Shown piece by piece: positions 13,400 through 27,585 of a stretch of DNA of 64,000 nt. The notes beneath the pieces are model-generated. The model was not told where the DNA came from and ran no database searches. It was given only the letters and a program-made list of their open reading frames with translations. The position numbers and the translations under genes are program-made. The stretch covers positions 46,562,001 through 46,626,000 of the forward strand of contig OX597826.1 in NCBI GenBank assembly GCA_951406725.2. Direction: 5' to 3'. The first letter of the stretch is position 1. Each line of letters opens with the position of its first letter. This DNA comes from Octopus vulgaris (Eukaryota).

Positions 13400-14220
13400 A
13401 AATCAAACGTCCCAATCAACAGCAATTGTTTATGAATTTGATTTTACTTTCGGGACTGAGTTCCCTTATCAATAAATATTTTCTTGGTATTCTTAAAATC
13501 AATGCTTTCAAGAGAATATTTACGAGCATATTCTCTCCTTCGGGTGTAGGGACGAGGATATTTTCATCCCTCTGTCTTGCTTCAGGAGACTTTGAGATCA
13601 AGATAAATGCCATAACATAGAACATCATGGACAGGGACCCTCCTAACTCATCTGAAGTTGATAACTTTCAATTCTGCCTGCGCAGGAAACTTCATATGCT
13701 CCGGCTGCCGGCAGCATCCAATAATAGGAAAATCGACCTTATCCTATTGCCGTTACCAGAGATATTTTCCGTTAATGAACTTCAAGCTATTAGTCGATGA
13801 TATTCCTAGGCATAGTTGACACACGAACAATGGGAGAGCATATAATCCCTGCCATTCTTCGTGAGATTGTTGCCTAATCGACATATTTTGAGTATCACCT
13901 ATTACCACTCGGACAGTATATATACTAACTACCACACAAACTGTTACGTAATCTTACACCACCAAAAGTGCTGTTCTACCATATGAACATGTAGTTAAAA
14001 AACTGATGTTGCTGGCTGGCTAAAGCATCCACTTGACATCATCTGACCAATGGGGGCCTAAATACTCTTACCTCGAAACCATTGAAAAATTTCTTTTGAA
14101 TTCTCTCCTGAAACTATACGTCTGTTGATGTGGACATGCTCTGAGCTCGTAAAAGTTTAAATAATATGGAACTGAGTTAAGCCATTATTAAATACTTCTA
14201 ACTCCAGTTAAATGTAATGA
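13400..14220 (-). mobile_element. Highly decayed LINE APE endonuclease remnant
   Basis: Ordered APE-like motifs on the minus strand: TDV*FQE, VVSIY, VVIGD, HEEW; many stops and frameshifts. Confidence 0.45.
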
Positions 14221-14399
14221 GTGCTGATGTCTTTCGTCTGTTTACTCACTCGTTTAAAACAATAAATTCAATATAACATTAAAACAGAAAGCTATATATT
14301 TTACAGAAGAAAAAAAAAAGAATTGATTCTACAAGCGAACAGAAGAATAAGGGACTGTAGCAATAGCAGTAGCAGCATCAGCAACAACAATAACAGCAA

Positions 14400-15480
14400 T
14401 AATATGTATTATTTGAACTGAACTGGATCAAAGAAGAGATAAAGAATTTGGATAAGGTAACACAAAAGAAAATGGTTGACAAGGGTGCATTACACCGAAA
14501 TGCAAATGTCATAAGGTTATATACACCGCGGAGCGTAGAAGGATAAGGTCTTATAAGTGTGAAAGCTTGAGTGGACCGTGAATGCAGATTTTTAGATTTA
14601 TATTTTGGCCAGTAGTAGAGAAGGATATGTTACTAAAAGGGAGGTTTATGAAGTAAAACTATTGAAAGTAAAGAAAATTACAAACGGAGTTTGCTAGCTG
14701 ACAAATTGAACACGAGTAGGGTATGGAATTACATGGTCAATTAGAAAGACATGAAAAAATTGGTTGATGAAAGGTAATCTTAAGAGAGATGCCGAAAGTT
14801 TGTTGGTGACTGCTCAGGATCAAGCACTAAACACGAACTCGATAAAGAATATATATAACCCAGATAAAACAAATGTGAGTAGGTTATGCTGGAAGAAAGT
14901 GTGAGGCACATCATGAGTGCTTGTGATTCACTTGCGCAGAAAGAACGTTATGGGAGTCACGATAAAGTGTGCATATACCTCCACTGGTCTTTATGCAAGA
15001 AATACGGATTCCGACCACTGAGAAATATCAGCAGAAAACAGAGAAGGTCCGAGGAAATCAGAGTGTGAAAATCTTGTGGGACTGTACAATCCAGACAGAT
15101 ACATTTCTTGAACATATAAGGCTAGACAGAACTTTTTTGAAGAAAGTGTTATGAGGTGTTCGTTGATCAATGAAGCTATCACAGGAGATTATTATATTAA
15201 TGGTAAACAAAACGGGAAAAATCGTAAAATATGCAGACTTGAAAAATAGATGTCAAGAGACTGGAATATGAAATTAAACCTGGTACCAATTGCGACTAGA
15301 GCACTTGATTTAGGTGACGAAAAAAATTTTCTTAAACACTTTGGCACAGTTGGAATCTTTCCCAGCATTCAGGTATTGTAAAAGACAACACTTTGCGGAG
15401 TAACAAATATTCGCTGGAAAGTTGAATATATCACAGGTCATACAACTTGATAGGAGTCAGTCAAAAATCCGGTGTTAACA
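14400..15480 (+). mobile_element. Old R4/Dong 3' fragment
   Basis: GALHRNANVIRLYTPR, ELHGQ, ESLLVTAQDQALNTN, HIMSACDSLAQKE..HDKV..LHWSLCKKYG, ILWDCTIQTD. Confidence 0.85.
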
Positions 15481-16224
15481 AGATCGTCATATGCAAATGA
15501 ACGATATATTTTCTTATTCAGTACAATAAATATCATGCTTTCAATTTAACGGATCTATTTATCATTACTAAAGGTATTTTAATTATTCAGTTTGCATGAT
15601 GAAAATCACAGCCAAACAGGTCAAGGTGTCCCACAGCAAAACATGTAAATTTTCCTATTTCAGTCGGGCTTGCTGCAAAATAACTACATAGGAGTATTAT
15701 ACATATGATAAATAATAAATTGGTACAGACACAGCGATCTGAGTTCAAATTCTGACGAACTCCCCTTTTTCCTTTACACAGTTTGAAGATCAATAAAGAA
15801 CCAATCTAGGAAGGTGGAATTGGGTGATTGGTAACCAATTAGATGGGATGTCTTGAGGCGAGTGTTGTATTGTCTTTAGCGTTTTAATGAGTCTATTGGA
15901 TCTTGGCTTTTCCTTGGAGAGCATTGAGTGTGTGGATAGAAGAGACATGCATGCATGGGAAAGTGGCTGGCGGCCCATGCTTTACTCTTGAAGAATATTG
16001 GTGGTGCAGAGAAGAGAGACTTCAGGTAACCATCGATGTACCCTCAGAGAGCAACGGAGGTGTAAGGAGGGAAGAATTGTTTCTCGATTTACCCTTCAAG
16101 AATATCGGAGAGGTGTAGAGAATAGTGACTTGGGTGTAAAGGCAACTGCTAGTGACCCTGGATAAAACCTTTCCGAGGCCCGGTATATGTAGTGGAACTT
16201 ACCATATGCACACTCATGCACCCA

Positions 16225-17006
16225 TGCTCCTTTGTGCTGATCTTCAAGCCAGACTCAATGAAGTGTGGATCCCTGACATTTCCATCAGTCGCCAACGGCT
16301 CCAAATTCCATCAGGGAGGTAAGATTCTTAGTCTCAAACACAACGGGGACATCAGAAGGGCTGTATGCAATCACACAAGAATTTCTGCGATTCACATCAG
16401 CGTCCACAGTGAACATCTTCTCATCCACAAACACAAGAGCTTTTCCTGCACTTTAATACTTGATGAATGACAGAAGCTTTGGGCATCTCTCAGCTCTGAC
16501 TGCTTTGGCCTTGGCTGTTAAGAGGTGATAACTAGTCGAGCGTAACTAGTCATTCCAAGATTCCTGTTCATAACTCTGGACTACTGTGGAAAGGGACACA
16601 TTGCATTTCTTTGCAAGTGTTGTCATCAATGTGGTTTGGCTTCAATCGACCGTTTGAGGCCAGCGAAAATCTTTGGATTGCGCTTAGAATCACTTCGAAT
16701 CTTTAATTCTTTTTCTATCAATTTTTCCCTCTTGTTTAAATTGTTTATACACACGATAAACTGTTTCTTTTGAAAGTTTCGTCAACTTAACAATTTATTG
16801 GCAGTGTGCCTCGTGCGCGCCAAACAACAATGGCGGAACGGTTCTGTTGTTCCATGACTTTCTGCTGTCGAATCAGTTCGCTATCTACTTGAAAAGTAAA
16901 GAGGAGGATTAGATTTTCAAGCAAGCAAGGTTTTGTCAGAAAATAAAATATTAAACCCACAAAGTCAACTGTTTAAAATTGATCACGATTTATCTGCAAG
17001 ACTCTA
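16225..17006 (-). mobile_element. Tc1/mariner (maT/DD37D-like) transposon 5' part, pseudogenised transposase
   Basis: ATG at 16855; LSKETVYRV (HTH), HLLTAKAKAVRAERC, LVFVDEKMFTV..NRRNS..VFETKNLTSLMEFGAV..PHFIESGLKIST; TIR-like TAGAGTCTTGCAGATAAATCG near 17006. Confidence 0.85.
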
Positions 17007-17339
17007 AACATGTATATGTATGCACACACACACACGTGTGCGCGTGTGTGAGTGCACGTATTTGTGCATGTACGTTTGTGTGTCTGTGTTTGTGCATGTG
17101 CCTTTGTGTTTGTCCTCTTCACTGCTTGAGGAGTGGTGTCGGTTTGTTTACGCCCCCTAGCAAACCAGTTAGGCAAAGATGCCGATATAAGAAGTAACGT
17201 TAAGCTTGACCCTAAAGAACTGGGGTGGATTTTGTTCGACTAACCTTGTAAATCAGAGTTCGCAGCATTGCCGTACTCCAATGACTGACACAAGACAGCT
17301 AAATCGTAGCTTTAAAACCCCACACGAAAGATACCACAT

Positions 17340-17496
<157 letters not shown>

Positions 17497-17667
17497 AGGT
17501 GTGTTTTGTAAACGTATATTTTGTAAGTCAGTAACTATTTATAAATCAATAGTCACAGAAATATCGGTTCATAACAATTCGAAGACTTCATTGTCTGAGA
17601 CTGTGAATGTCTTCTCCCTCTTTTCTTTTCTTTTTTTTTTTTTTACCTTTTATTGCTTTTGTATCAG

Positions 17668-17760
17668 AATTCTTCCATCGTCGCGAAGATTCCTTCTTCT
17701 ACAACAACAACTCCAGATATCTCTTTTACCATGGTGTTCTTACAGTGAAGCATTTTACTG
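17668..17760 (+). other. Candidate 93-nt exon
   Basis: Long polypyrimidine tract plus TATCAG acceptor, CTG|GTAGGT donor, length divisible by 3; no recognisable protein. Confidence 0.3.
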
Positions 17761-18860
17761 GTAGGTCAACCTGCAGAGTGAAAAGTAACGGCTAACTTTG
17801 GAACCTGTTCGGTGAATACAAGAAAAACATAAACAATTACAACAAAAAACAACAACTACAACAACAACAACAACAACACCATACACACACACACACGTAC
17901 ACACACACACACACACACATACACACGCATATACATACCAAAAAAAAAAAGAAAAAGAGAGACAGAAAAAGGTAAAAGCTTGTCATATGAATAAAGTAAT
18001 TCCTCGCTATTCTTTACTGATTCCTCCAAGTTTACTGGGTTACCTGGAAGGAAATAAAGAGATGTAAAACCCTTTGTATAACTTAGATCTTCATTCACTG
18101 TAAACCTAAATCGATTTTGCGCCAACAAAAGCAATTGAAGTGTACTCTATTAAAATATTTGTATGACTGTCGGCCGTTCTGTTGTGTAATTATTCTCCGA
18201 AGAAAGTAGTTTATTGATGCGAATTCCCATACGTCATACATTCGGTTCAATGTTACTTTCTGTCCATTATGAAGAGTTGCAGAAAAGAAGAATGAATGAA
18301 TAAATAAAGAAATAAATAAATAAAAAGAACAGAAATAAAAAAAAGCAAAAAAAAGAAAAAAAAAGAAACGCACACACGCACACACACACACATGCATGCA
18401 TACGCACGCACAAACTAAAAACAAAATTGAAATATCTGTTCACAATGTCCTCTTCAAAAACGTTGAACAAATGGTTAAAAAGAATTGTCTTTTAGTTCTT
18501 ACAATACACTCGACGGGACGTTGTTGGTAGCTTAGAGCGTGACATTGCTTTCTCTTATGTTGATTGTCATTGGAACGCACACAATCACGTCTCTCTCTCA
18601 CACACACGCACTCACACACATACACACACAGAGTGGACACAAACACACACACACACACACAAACACACACATATAGAGATACATATATACACATATACAC
18701 GAGTGTGTGTGTACAAATATATGTCGAAGCACATCTGCAGACACAGCACATATAAAGGCACAGACAAACATCGACACATATGCCGTACTCTATCACACAC
18801 ACACACACACACACAGACACACACACACAGACACACGCACACACACACACGTATGTATAG

Positions 18861-18929
<69 letters not shown>

Positions 18930-19939
18930 AATATAAATATATAAATATGTATGTATATGTATGTGCGTCTGTGTGAAGGCACGTGGCTTAGTACTTAGGG
19001 GTATTCAGCTCGCAATCGTAAGGTCGTGTGTTCGATCCCAGCGGAGCGTTTTGTCCTTGAGCAAAGCTCTTTATTTCACGTTGCAAGCTATATATGTCTA
19101 TATTTACTTCTACATTTACTATAAATGTTTATAAAAAGCAAATTTGCTGTGTAATTCACCTACAAACAACATCTCTTATCGACGTACCGTATTTAAAAAT
19201 GCAGTTTATATTGGAGGGAGATGAAAAATTGTCCCAGCAGCGGCGAGCAGGAAGGCTAAATGCATTTTGGTCTCATGGGCTCTTGAGAACGGTGTGTCCT
19301 CATAACCAGCCGCATGCTTAAACAAAATTCGTCGCCTCAGATATGTAAGAAAACAGTAAAGAAACATTTATTGATACTGAGAATAACCTTTCAACGATAT
19401 ATTTGCTATAAGAATGGTAGAAGTGTCATTGAATAATAGGAGAGGGGTCTAAGTGTGACACATTGACACACAGAAATTAGTTTTCACATTTATTATCTTA
19501 TCTTATCTTATCTTATCTTATATTATATTATATTATATTGTAATATATTATATTTTTTTATATATTTATATATATATATAGCAATAAGAAAATGGAGGTG
19601 GTTCATCAACTTTTAGACATTATATTATGTTAACTTATTTATTTATTTACTCAACTGCTCTTTTCTCTCTCTTTTACTCTTTTACTTGTTTCAGTCATTT
19701 GACTGCGGCCATACTGGAGCACCGCCTTTAAAACAAGCGTGTGAGACAGCGCCAGTGGTTTCAAGGTAGGAAGAATTCACAGAGTTCAGTTTAACGAAGC
19801 AACCACACGGCTAAGCCCAATTACAATAATATACATACATATAACATATTATGCTTTACATATAAGATATAGAATATAGTAATATATAAGGATACTAGTA
19901 ATTATTATAAAATAACAAGCATATATATATATCTACATA

Positions 19940-21995
19940 AACCTAAAGCACATCAAAAGCTACATAAGAGACGATATAGACATGCTTAACCACCTCCCCA
20001 AAACAGTCAATGAGAAAACCCTACTAGTATCCTTCGACGTAATTAACCTTTATTCAAACATCCCTCACACCCTAGGAATAGAAGCGATCACTTTCTGGCT
20101 AAACAACTACTCCTTTGAACTCCCAACTCGCATAAATAAAGAACTCATAATAGAAGGACTTTATTTTTGATAATAATTTCTACAGACAAAGATCGGGAAC
20201 AGCGATGGGTACGCGTACTGCGCCTTCTTTTGCCAACCTAGTGATGGGATGCCTCGAGAAAATACTCTACCAGAAAACACTCGAGAAATATGGAAACACT
20301 TTCTCCACCTATATCCAGAACAACTGGAAAATATATCTCGACGACTGCTTCATCCTCTGGGATGAAAGTATAGAAAAACTTGAGGAATTTAAAATACTAT
20401 TAAATGGAATAAATGAAAATATTCACGATAGATCATAACGAAGAACAGTTGCCATTTTTAGACATCCTCATTAAGAAAGTCGGCAACAAAATAGAGACAG
20501 ATATCTATTATAAACCGACAGACTCCAAGCAGTACCTACCCTTTGATTCATGCCACCCAAGACACACTAGAATAAATGTCCCTTTCTGTTTAGCCAGAAG
20601 GATTTGCACCATAATATCAGACACAAACACCCGACACACACGTCTCCAGGAACTCAGGACTACACTCATAAATAGAAATAACCCACAGCCCCTAATAGAC
20701 AGTGCAATCCAACGAGTACTTAAATTAAATATAAAAGACATGAGACAAACAAAACCAAAAAAGAAAGAAAAATGAAAAACCCTACCCTACATCTCTACAC
20801 ACAACCCACTTAACAATGAGGCCTTCAATACCATACTAGAAAACACAGCCCTACTAAAGGGAGACCCAAAGATGAACCGGATCCTCGAAACACACACCAT
20901 CATTAAAAGTAAACGGCAACCAAAATCCTTAAAAAAGATTTTAACCCAAGCTAAACTGCACTAAACAACAACCACAAAATCAGCAGTTAGAAAATGTGGA
21001 AAGACCAACTGCGGAATCTGTGTCATCTTGGTAGAAGGTTCAGAATTCACATTAGAACAAGACCATCAGTTTACCATCAGAACAAACTTCACCTGTGCAT
21101 CAGAAAACTTAATTTACGTCTTAACATGCGCAGGGTGCAATAGGCAGTATATAGGCCATACAAAAAACAGCTTACGAAAAAGGATGGCGGTGTATAAATC
21201 CCAAATTAGAAATCCTGAATACAGGAAAATACCAGTCAGCGGACACATAGATAGATGTGCTTCAAATAAAAATCCCAAATTCACAACTTGCCCACTTTAC
21301 AAATTCAGTGACAGCGTAACCTTCACTCAACGCCAAAATAAAGAACTTTATTTCATTAGAAAATTCGGACCAAGTTTGAACACCCTGGGTCAGCAATATT
21401 AAAACAATACATTGGTCTTCCGAAAAGAAAAAAGAAATTCTACCACAACCACCACGATCACTACGACTGCTACGACTATCACTACTACTACAACCACCAT
21501 GGTCACTACTATTACTACTACGATCAACAGTCCTTCACTACTGCTGCTGCTGCTACTGCCACAACCAATGAGCTGCTACAACCCCAACCACCACCACGGT
21601 TACTACTACTACTACGACTAACAGTCACTGTTGCTACTGCCATTTCAGCCACTGGCCATTCGGACACATAAGACAGCTAAAAACAACCACGTGGATTCTG
21701 TTGAGACCAGTAAGAAACAATTATGAACTTTTTTATTACACTCAACTTTAAATTTACAGCTATTATGCTTACTCCCCATTAAACACCACTACGTGGATTC
21801 TGTTGAGACCAGTAAGAAACAAAGATGAACTTTTTTTATTACACTTAACTTTTTAAAATATTTTTAATAAGGTTCGTTTTTTCAAGAACCGAAACATGTA
21901 AAATTTCTAAGAAAATTAAAATTTATCTTATATAGTGGCGTTTTCAAATTTCTTTTTATAAACATATACCCACTCGTATACGATCTACACTTATC

Positions 21996-21999
<4 letters not shown>
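19940..21999 (+). mobile_element. Penelope-like element (Neptune/Nematis type: RT, Cys linker, C-terminal GIY-YIG), 5'-truncated and decayed
   Basis: LVSFDVINLYSNIP, GTAMGTRTAPSFANL, YLDD, LPFLDI, YYKPT..SCHP, CGKTNCGIC linker, NLIYVLTCAGC..YIGHT..R..E..LN; 3' non-coding region with hammerhead-like motifs; (TA)n on both sides. Confidence 0.92.
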
Positions 22000-22050
<51 letters not shown>

Positions 22051-22058
22051 TTATATAA

Positions 22059-22092
<34 letters not shown>

Positions 22093-22226
22093 GGAGAGAG
22101 GGAGTAGATGATACCAGATAACAGACGGAGAGTAGACAGATAGTGGATAGATAGTTAGATAAATAGATAGATGGGCATATGTATATATATATATATAGAG
22201 AGAGAGATAGATAGATAGATAGAAAT

Positions 22227-22307
<81 letters not shown>

Positions 22308-22689
22308 CAGATTTATCATAAGCGCCACTGCCGCAGCTACCATCCCACCAATCCCTGTTGTTGAACAAATGGAATATAGTTTTGTTCCAGGTGTTTAAAA
22401 TTTCTGCAAGAGATATGGGACAATGATTTTTATGCTGGACGTTTCTTGTCTTGTCTTGTATTTCTTTCTTTCTTTCTTTCTTTCTTTCATTTTTTTCTTT
22501 CTTTCTTGCTTTCTTTTTCCTTTCTTTTTTCCTTTAGCTTCTTCTTCCTACCTTCTCATCTTTCTCCTTTTCTCTTTCCTTCCTTTCTTTCTCCCTACTT
22601 TTTCTCTTTTCTTCATTCATTCATCCATTCATTCTTTTTTCTTTATTCTCCCTTCCAAAAGCTTATTCTTTTCGCACCCAGTTAATAAT

Positions 22690-23140
22690 TGATTTCAAAT
22701 TTTGGCGCAAAGGCAGCAAATTCGGGTATAAGGGCTAAGTCGATTGCATCAACTCCAGTGCTCAACTGGTACTTATTTTATCGACCCCGAAAGAAATGAA
22801 AAGCAAAGTGGACCTCAGCAGGATTTGAACCCAGAACGTAAAGACGAAGTTCAGCTAAGCATTTTTCCCGGTGCAGTTATAATTCAACCGACTCTCCGCC
22901 CTAACAACAACAACAATGATAATAATAATGGTTTCGAATAATGGCACATGGCCAGCAATTTTGGGGGAGGGGTAAGTCGATTATATCTACCCCAGTGTTT
23001 GACTGGGACTTATTTTATCAACTCCGAAAGGTATGAAGAGCAAAGTCGACCTCAGCGGAATTCGAACGCAGAACGTAAAGACGGTCGAAATGCTACTGAG
23101 TATTTTTGGGCGGCATGCTAACGGTTCTCCCAACTCGTCA
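22690..23140 (-). mobile_element. Two adjacent SINE family A copies
   Basis: 22690-22902 and 22930-23140, separated by an AAC/AAT repeat. Confidence 0.8.
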
Positions 23141-23597
23141 CCCTGCGCCTAGTGCATATTACAATCTTCAGCTATTTCCTGTGTCTTTTTACATTACGTC
23201 GACACAGAAGCAGAACCAGGAACGGCTTATAGAACCGAATCTCGATGATCACTTCACCATAGAGCCATGTGTATTTGTATGTGTTTGTGTGCATGAGTGT
23301 GCATGCGTGTGCATGTGTGCACATAAGATGATGATGAAGATGATGATGATGATGATGATGATGACGGTGATGATTATAATGACGTGTGTGTAATTTTATG
23401 AATATGCCTGCTGGTTGCATATCTTATTTTAACTACGTGCTCAAAAGTATGTGTTTGGGTCTACGTGTGTGTGTGTGTGGTATGTGTGTGGATCTATGAA
23501 TATGTGTTTATGCATGTATATATATATATATATGTATACACACACACATATATATATATGTGTGCGTGTGTGTATACATATATATATATACACACCC

Positions 23598-23650
<53 letters not shown>

Positions 23651-24389
23651 AAAGATAGAGAAAGGGAAAGCTAGGGCAGAAAGAAAGCAAAAAAAGAACA
23701 CATGTTTTGTTGAGTTGCGAGATTCGAATATGAAAAGGGAGAAAGATATTGTTGCCCTTAGGGGCCTGAATGTTTATGCTGAGGTTACTGATGAAACAAT
23801 CATCGTAATATTTGCCTTTTAGGGAGCTGAAAGTATTTGCTACTTAAACTGATGGAATTTAAGGAACGAAACCCCTCTTAAAAAGGTAATTTTATGTAAA
23901 ATAATAACAAAATTGTTTCTTTCTTCAAAAAAAAACAAACAAAAAAACATTGAAAAGAGACGAATGATAATTCAAAATAGCTATTAGTGTTGACAGAATA
24001 AAAAACTGCAAAATTCAATCACAGTTTTTATATTTATAACTCGGGAACTCGTTAGGTGGAATGAAACCTATTTCCTTTTTTGGAATGCTACAGTTGAATT
24101 TGTTTTGATAATTCTAGGCTAATTTCTTGTGCAAGACGGGGCAAAACGACAAGAGAAAACATGGCGGCGTAGTTGTCAACAAACCCTCGCAGGCATCCAA
24201 ACATCATGCATATATATATACACACGTCACATACACACACACACACACACACATGTGTAGTAGAATGTTTATTAACATTTTTTTCTACTTTTTAAATGAA
24301 ATGAAATAAAATAAAAAAAAAATTGCACTTCTGACATTGAAATATTTTAACAAAGGGATCGATTTTCCAGAAGGTTGAAAAAAAATAAA

Positions 24390-24427
24390 GGTGGTGTTGA
24401 TGCTGTGGATAGTGGTGGTAGTGGTGG

Positions 24428-24458
<31 letters not shown>

Positions 24459-24466
24459 GGTGATAG

Positions 24467-24497
<31 letters not shown>

Positions 24498-24587
24498 ACT
24501 AGATGCAGAAAGTTATAGCGGTTGTGGGGCCATGCAAAGACGAGGATTATGCTAACGATGGTGACGGCGACGATGATGACGGCTACA

Positions 24588-24618
<31 letters not shown>

Positions 24619-25280
24619 CGACGACAACGTCAACGCCGACAATTACAATGACGATGACGATGACGACGACGACGACGACGATGATGATGATGATGATGAT
24701 GACGACGACGACGATGATGATGAAGATGATGATGAGGAAAAACGACGACAATAACGCCGATGACAACGATGATGATAAAGAGGTGGATGGCGATGCTGAC
24801 GACGACGATGATGAAGATGGGGAGGAGGAAGAGGAGACTGAAGTGGAAGGATAGAAGAGAAGAAAGAGGATGATGGTCATGACGGTGACGACAGTGTTGT
24901 TGTTGTTGATGTTGATGATGATGATGATGACGACGACGACGAGGACGACGGCGCCGTCGATGATGATGGCGACGACGACGACAATGATGATGATGATGTT
25001 GAGGATGAGGGGAAGGCGACGTCGATAACGATGTTCATGATGAGGATGATGACGTTAATGGTAATGATGATGATGATGATAAAGAGGGGGAGATGGACGA
25101 GACAACGACGATGATGGTGACGACAACGATAGTGTTGATGATGCGTATGATGATGATGATGAGCAAGAGGATGATGATGTCAACGACGACGCCAAAATCC
25201 GGTAAAGGAGATCGGTAATGAGGAAGTTAGTGCGGGAAATTCAGAGAATGATGAGATGACGATGATGACAACAAGAGGTG
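24390..25280. repeat. Degenerate (GAT/GAC/GGT)n low-complexity tract
   Basis: About 0.9 kb of mixed trinucleotide repeats with frame changes and stops. Confidence 0.9.
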
Positions 25281-25659
25281 TGAAGAAGGTTTGATGAGAA
25301 GGGCAGAGAGCAAGGTAAAAAGAGAATGGAAGACAACACTATGAACATAATTTCGTTATCCATGTTTGAGTCAAAGGTCCGTAGACATTTCTTTGAAATC
25401 CTGAAGTTTTTACAGCAATCATTCTACGAAAGAGGAACACCACCAACACGGAGGCCTCTTCAGAGATAAAGGAATCTAGCCCGCTTTTTTTTTTTGTTTC
25501 TTTTAGAAGAATTTCTTACAAGACAGTCTTGCAATAAAGAAACAATAACAAAATGAATACAAATAACATTTAAAATTCCAACGCAAACAAGGAAAAAGAC
25601 TAAAATATTCAGTAAATAGAAATATGAGCATAATGAAGGCTGCCATTTAAATATCGGCC

Positions 25660-26190
25660 TCAGATTTTGGCACAAGGCTGGCAAGTATGGGAAAGGAGTA
25701 AGTTGGTTACATAGACATCAGTAATTAACTGGTACTTATTTTATCGACTCCGAAAGGACGAAAGGCAAAGTCGACCTCGCTGGAATTTGAACTCAGAACG
25801 TAAAGACGGACGAAATACTACTAAGCATTTTGTCTGGCGTGTAAACGAATCACCCAGCTCGCCGCCTTTTCTATCAGCTCTCCAGTTAAATAATATTGAT
25901 TTTAAATTTTGGAGCAAGGCCAATATTTTGGAGGAGGGAGTAAGCCATTTATATCGACCCCAGTACTCAAGTGGTACTTATTTTATTGACCTCCGAAAGG
26001 ATGCAAGGCAAAGTTGACAGCGGCGGAATTTGAACTCAGAACGTAAAGTCTGACGAAATGTCGCTAAGCATTTTGCCCGACGCGGTAACGATTCAGCCTG
26101 CTCTCCGCCCTAACAACAACAACAGCAATGATAATATGCCATGAAGCATCTTGCCCGGTGTGCTAACGATTCTATTAGCTCGCTGCCTTT
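25660..26190 (-). mobile_element. SINE family A cluster (two near-full copies plus a head fragment)
   Basis: Family A motifs at 25660-25870, 25900-26112 and 26140-26190. Confidence 0.8.
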
Positions 26191-27318
26191 TCTACCAGCT
26201 TGCTACTCTTCTACCAGCTGGCTGCCTTTTCTACCAGCTTGCTGCCTTTTCTACCAGCTCGCCAGCTAAATATAAATAAGAATGAATGTATTTTCTACAA
26301 TTTTCTCTCTCTGACGAAGATTTATTACTTGAAACGTTCGTATTTTCGAAATGATCCCTCACATACCAATCTCTGGCCATGTGCCAAACTTTGAAACCAC
26401 TGTTAAACGCGTTGTCCAACTTCAAGTATTGATGAATTGTAAGTCAAGGCGCTTGCTTGGTTGGGGATGGAAGATATTCCAGCCGTGGCAATCCAATATT
26501 TCTTTAGTAGTGGTAGTGGTAAGGTCTGTGTAAGGCTATATTATCTAATTTGTCCCTATGTCCCTTTCGTATATTAGACGGTTGAGCGGGGGTTGAAGGT
26601 GCATATTTGTTATTTCTAACAACTTAAGCGACTACATAAAAGACTCCTTTCGATTCTCAGTTGTATAATGAGGTTGAAGATATTCCACACGTAAACATCC
26701 CATACATTTTTGGTAGCAGTTGTAGTAGGGACTAGTTATGACCATACAGGATGTTCATAAACTATCTTTACAATAGAAACTGAACATCGTCTAAATGTGT
26801 TGCTTGCAACCAATAGATCCCACGTGGAATAGTTCAGATATTTTTTATGAAAATTTATCTCTTTTGTGTAATGTTTATCGCCACATCAATATGGCTGTTC
26901 AAAGTTACTTCCGTTTAATGAATAGGCCGAAACAGTTCGGTCTAGTAATCTCGTCGAATGCTAGAAAATGATAGGGGTTTGCTCCCCTGCTTGCAATGTA
27001 TACAAGATGCGGCTTGCACCAATAACCAGTTGGCAAAGGCTCTGCCTGGGATTAAACAGTAGTAATGTTGAATAGCCTTATTAATGTGGCGACAAACATT
27101 ACTTCTCAATAGAGTTACTACCTTTATCTTTATTGAGATTTTTCTAACTAGCTATTTTGCTTTATCTCTGCCTGTTTTCCCATAATTTCTACCTGTTTTA
27201 TTTTGCTTTATCTCTGCCTGTTTTTCCATTATCTCTGCCTGTTTTCCTAAATATTATCCATATTTTTCAAATTTTTTCTGAATTTTTAAAAAAGTGTAAT
27301 AACCTATACTATCCAATA

Positions 27319-27585
27319 CAGTGGTTCCCAACCGGGATTCTTATAACTCCTGGGGGTTCACATAAGATATTTTTGTTAAAATTTATCTGCAATAAACTGG
27401 TTAAAAAGTCCTACAATACACAATATTTTAACAATGTCTTTTTTCTATACAATTCCCAATAGTATTTAATTATAAAAATCTAATTGGATTTAAAAAAAAA
27501 AACATCGAATAACAATGGATGATCAGTAGCGCAAAATTGAAAGCAAAGGGGTCCATAGGTAAAAAAAAATGGCTGAGAACTCTTG
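27319..27585. mobile_element. hAT (Charlie-like) MITE
   Basis: TIR CAGTGGTTCCCAACC / GGCTGAGAACTCTTG; 8-bp TSD ATCCAATA / ATCTAATA. Confidence 0.8.

Noticed and set aside
15800-16220. ORFs 15790-15978 and 15903-16118 as host exons
   Set aside because: No recognisable domain or splice signals; likely an unclassified repeat next to the mariner remnant.
20773-20775. In-frame TGA in the PLE ORF as selenocysteine
   Set aside because: Not at a Cys position; the same ORF has a TAA stop and frameshifts, and its endonuclease is C-terminal, unlike Sec-encoding Naiads.
24347-25280. Poly-Asp ORFs resembling acidic shell-matrix proteins
   Set aside because: Degenerate GAT/GAC repeat with frame switches and stops; no signal peptide or splice structure.
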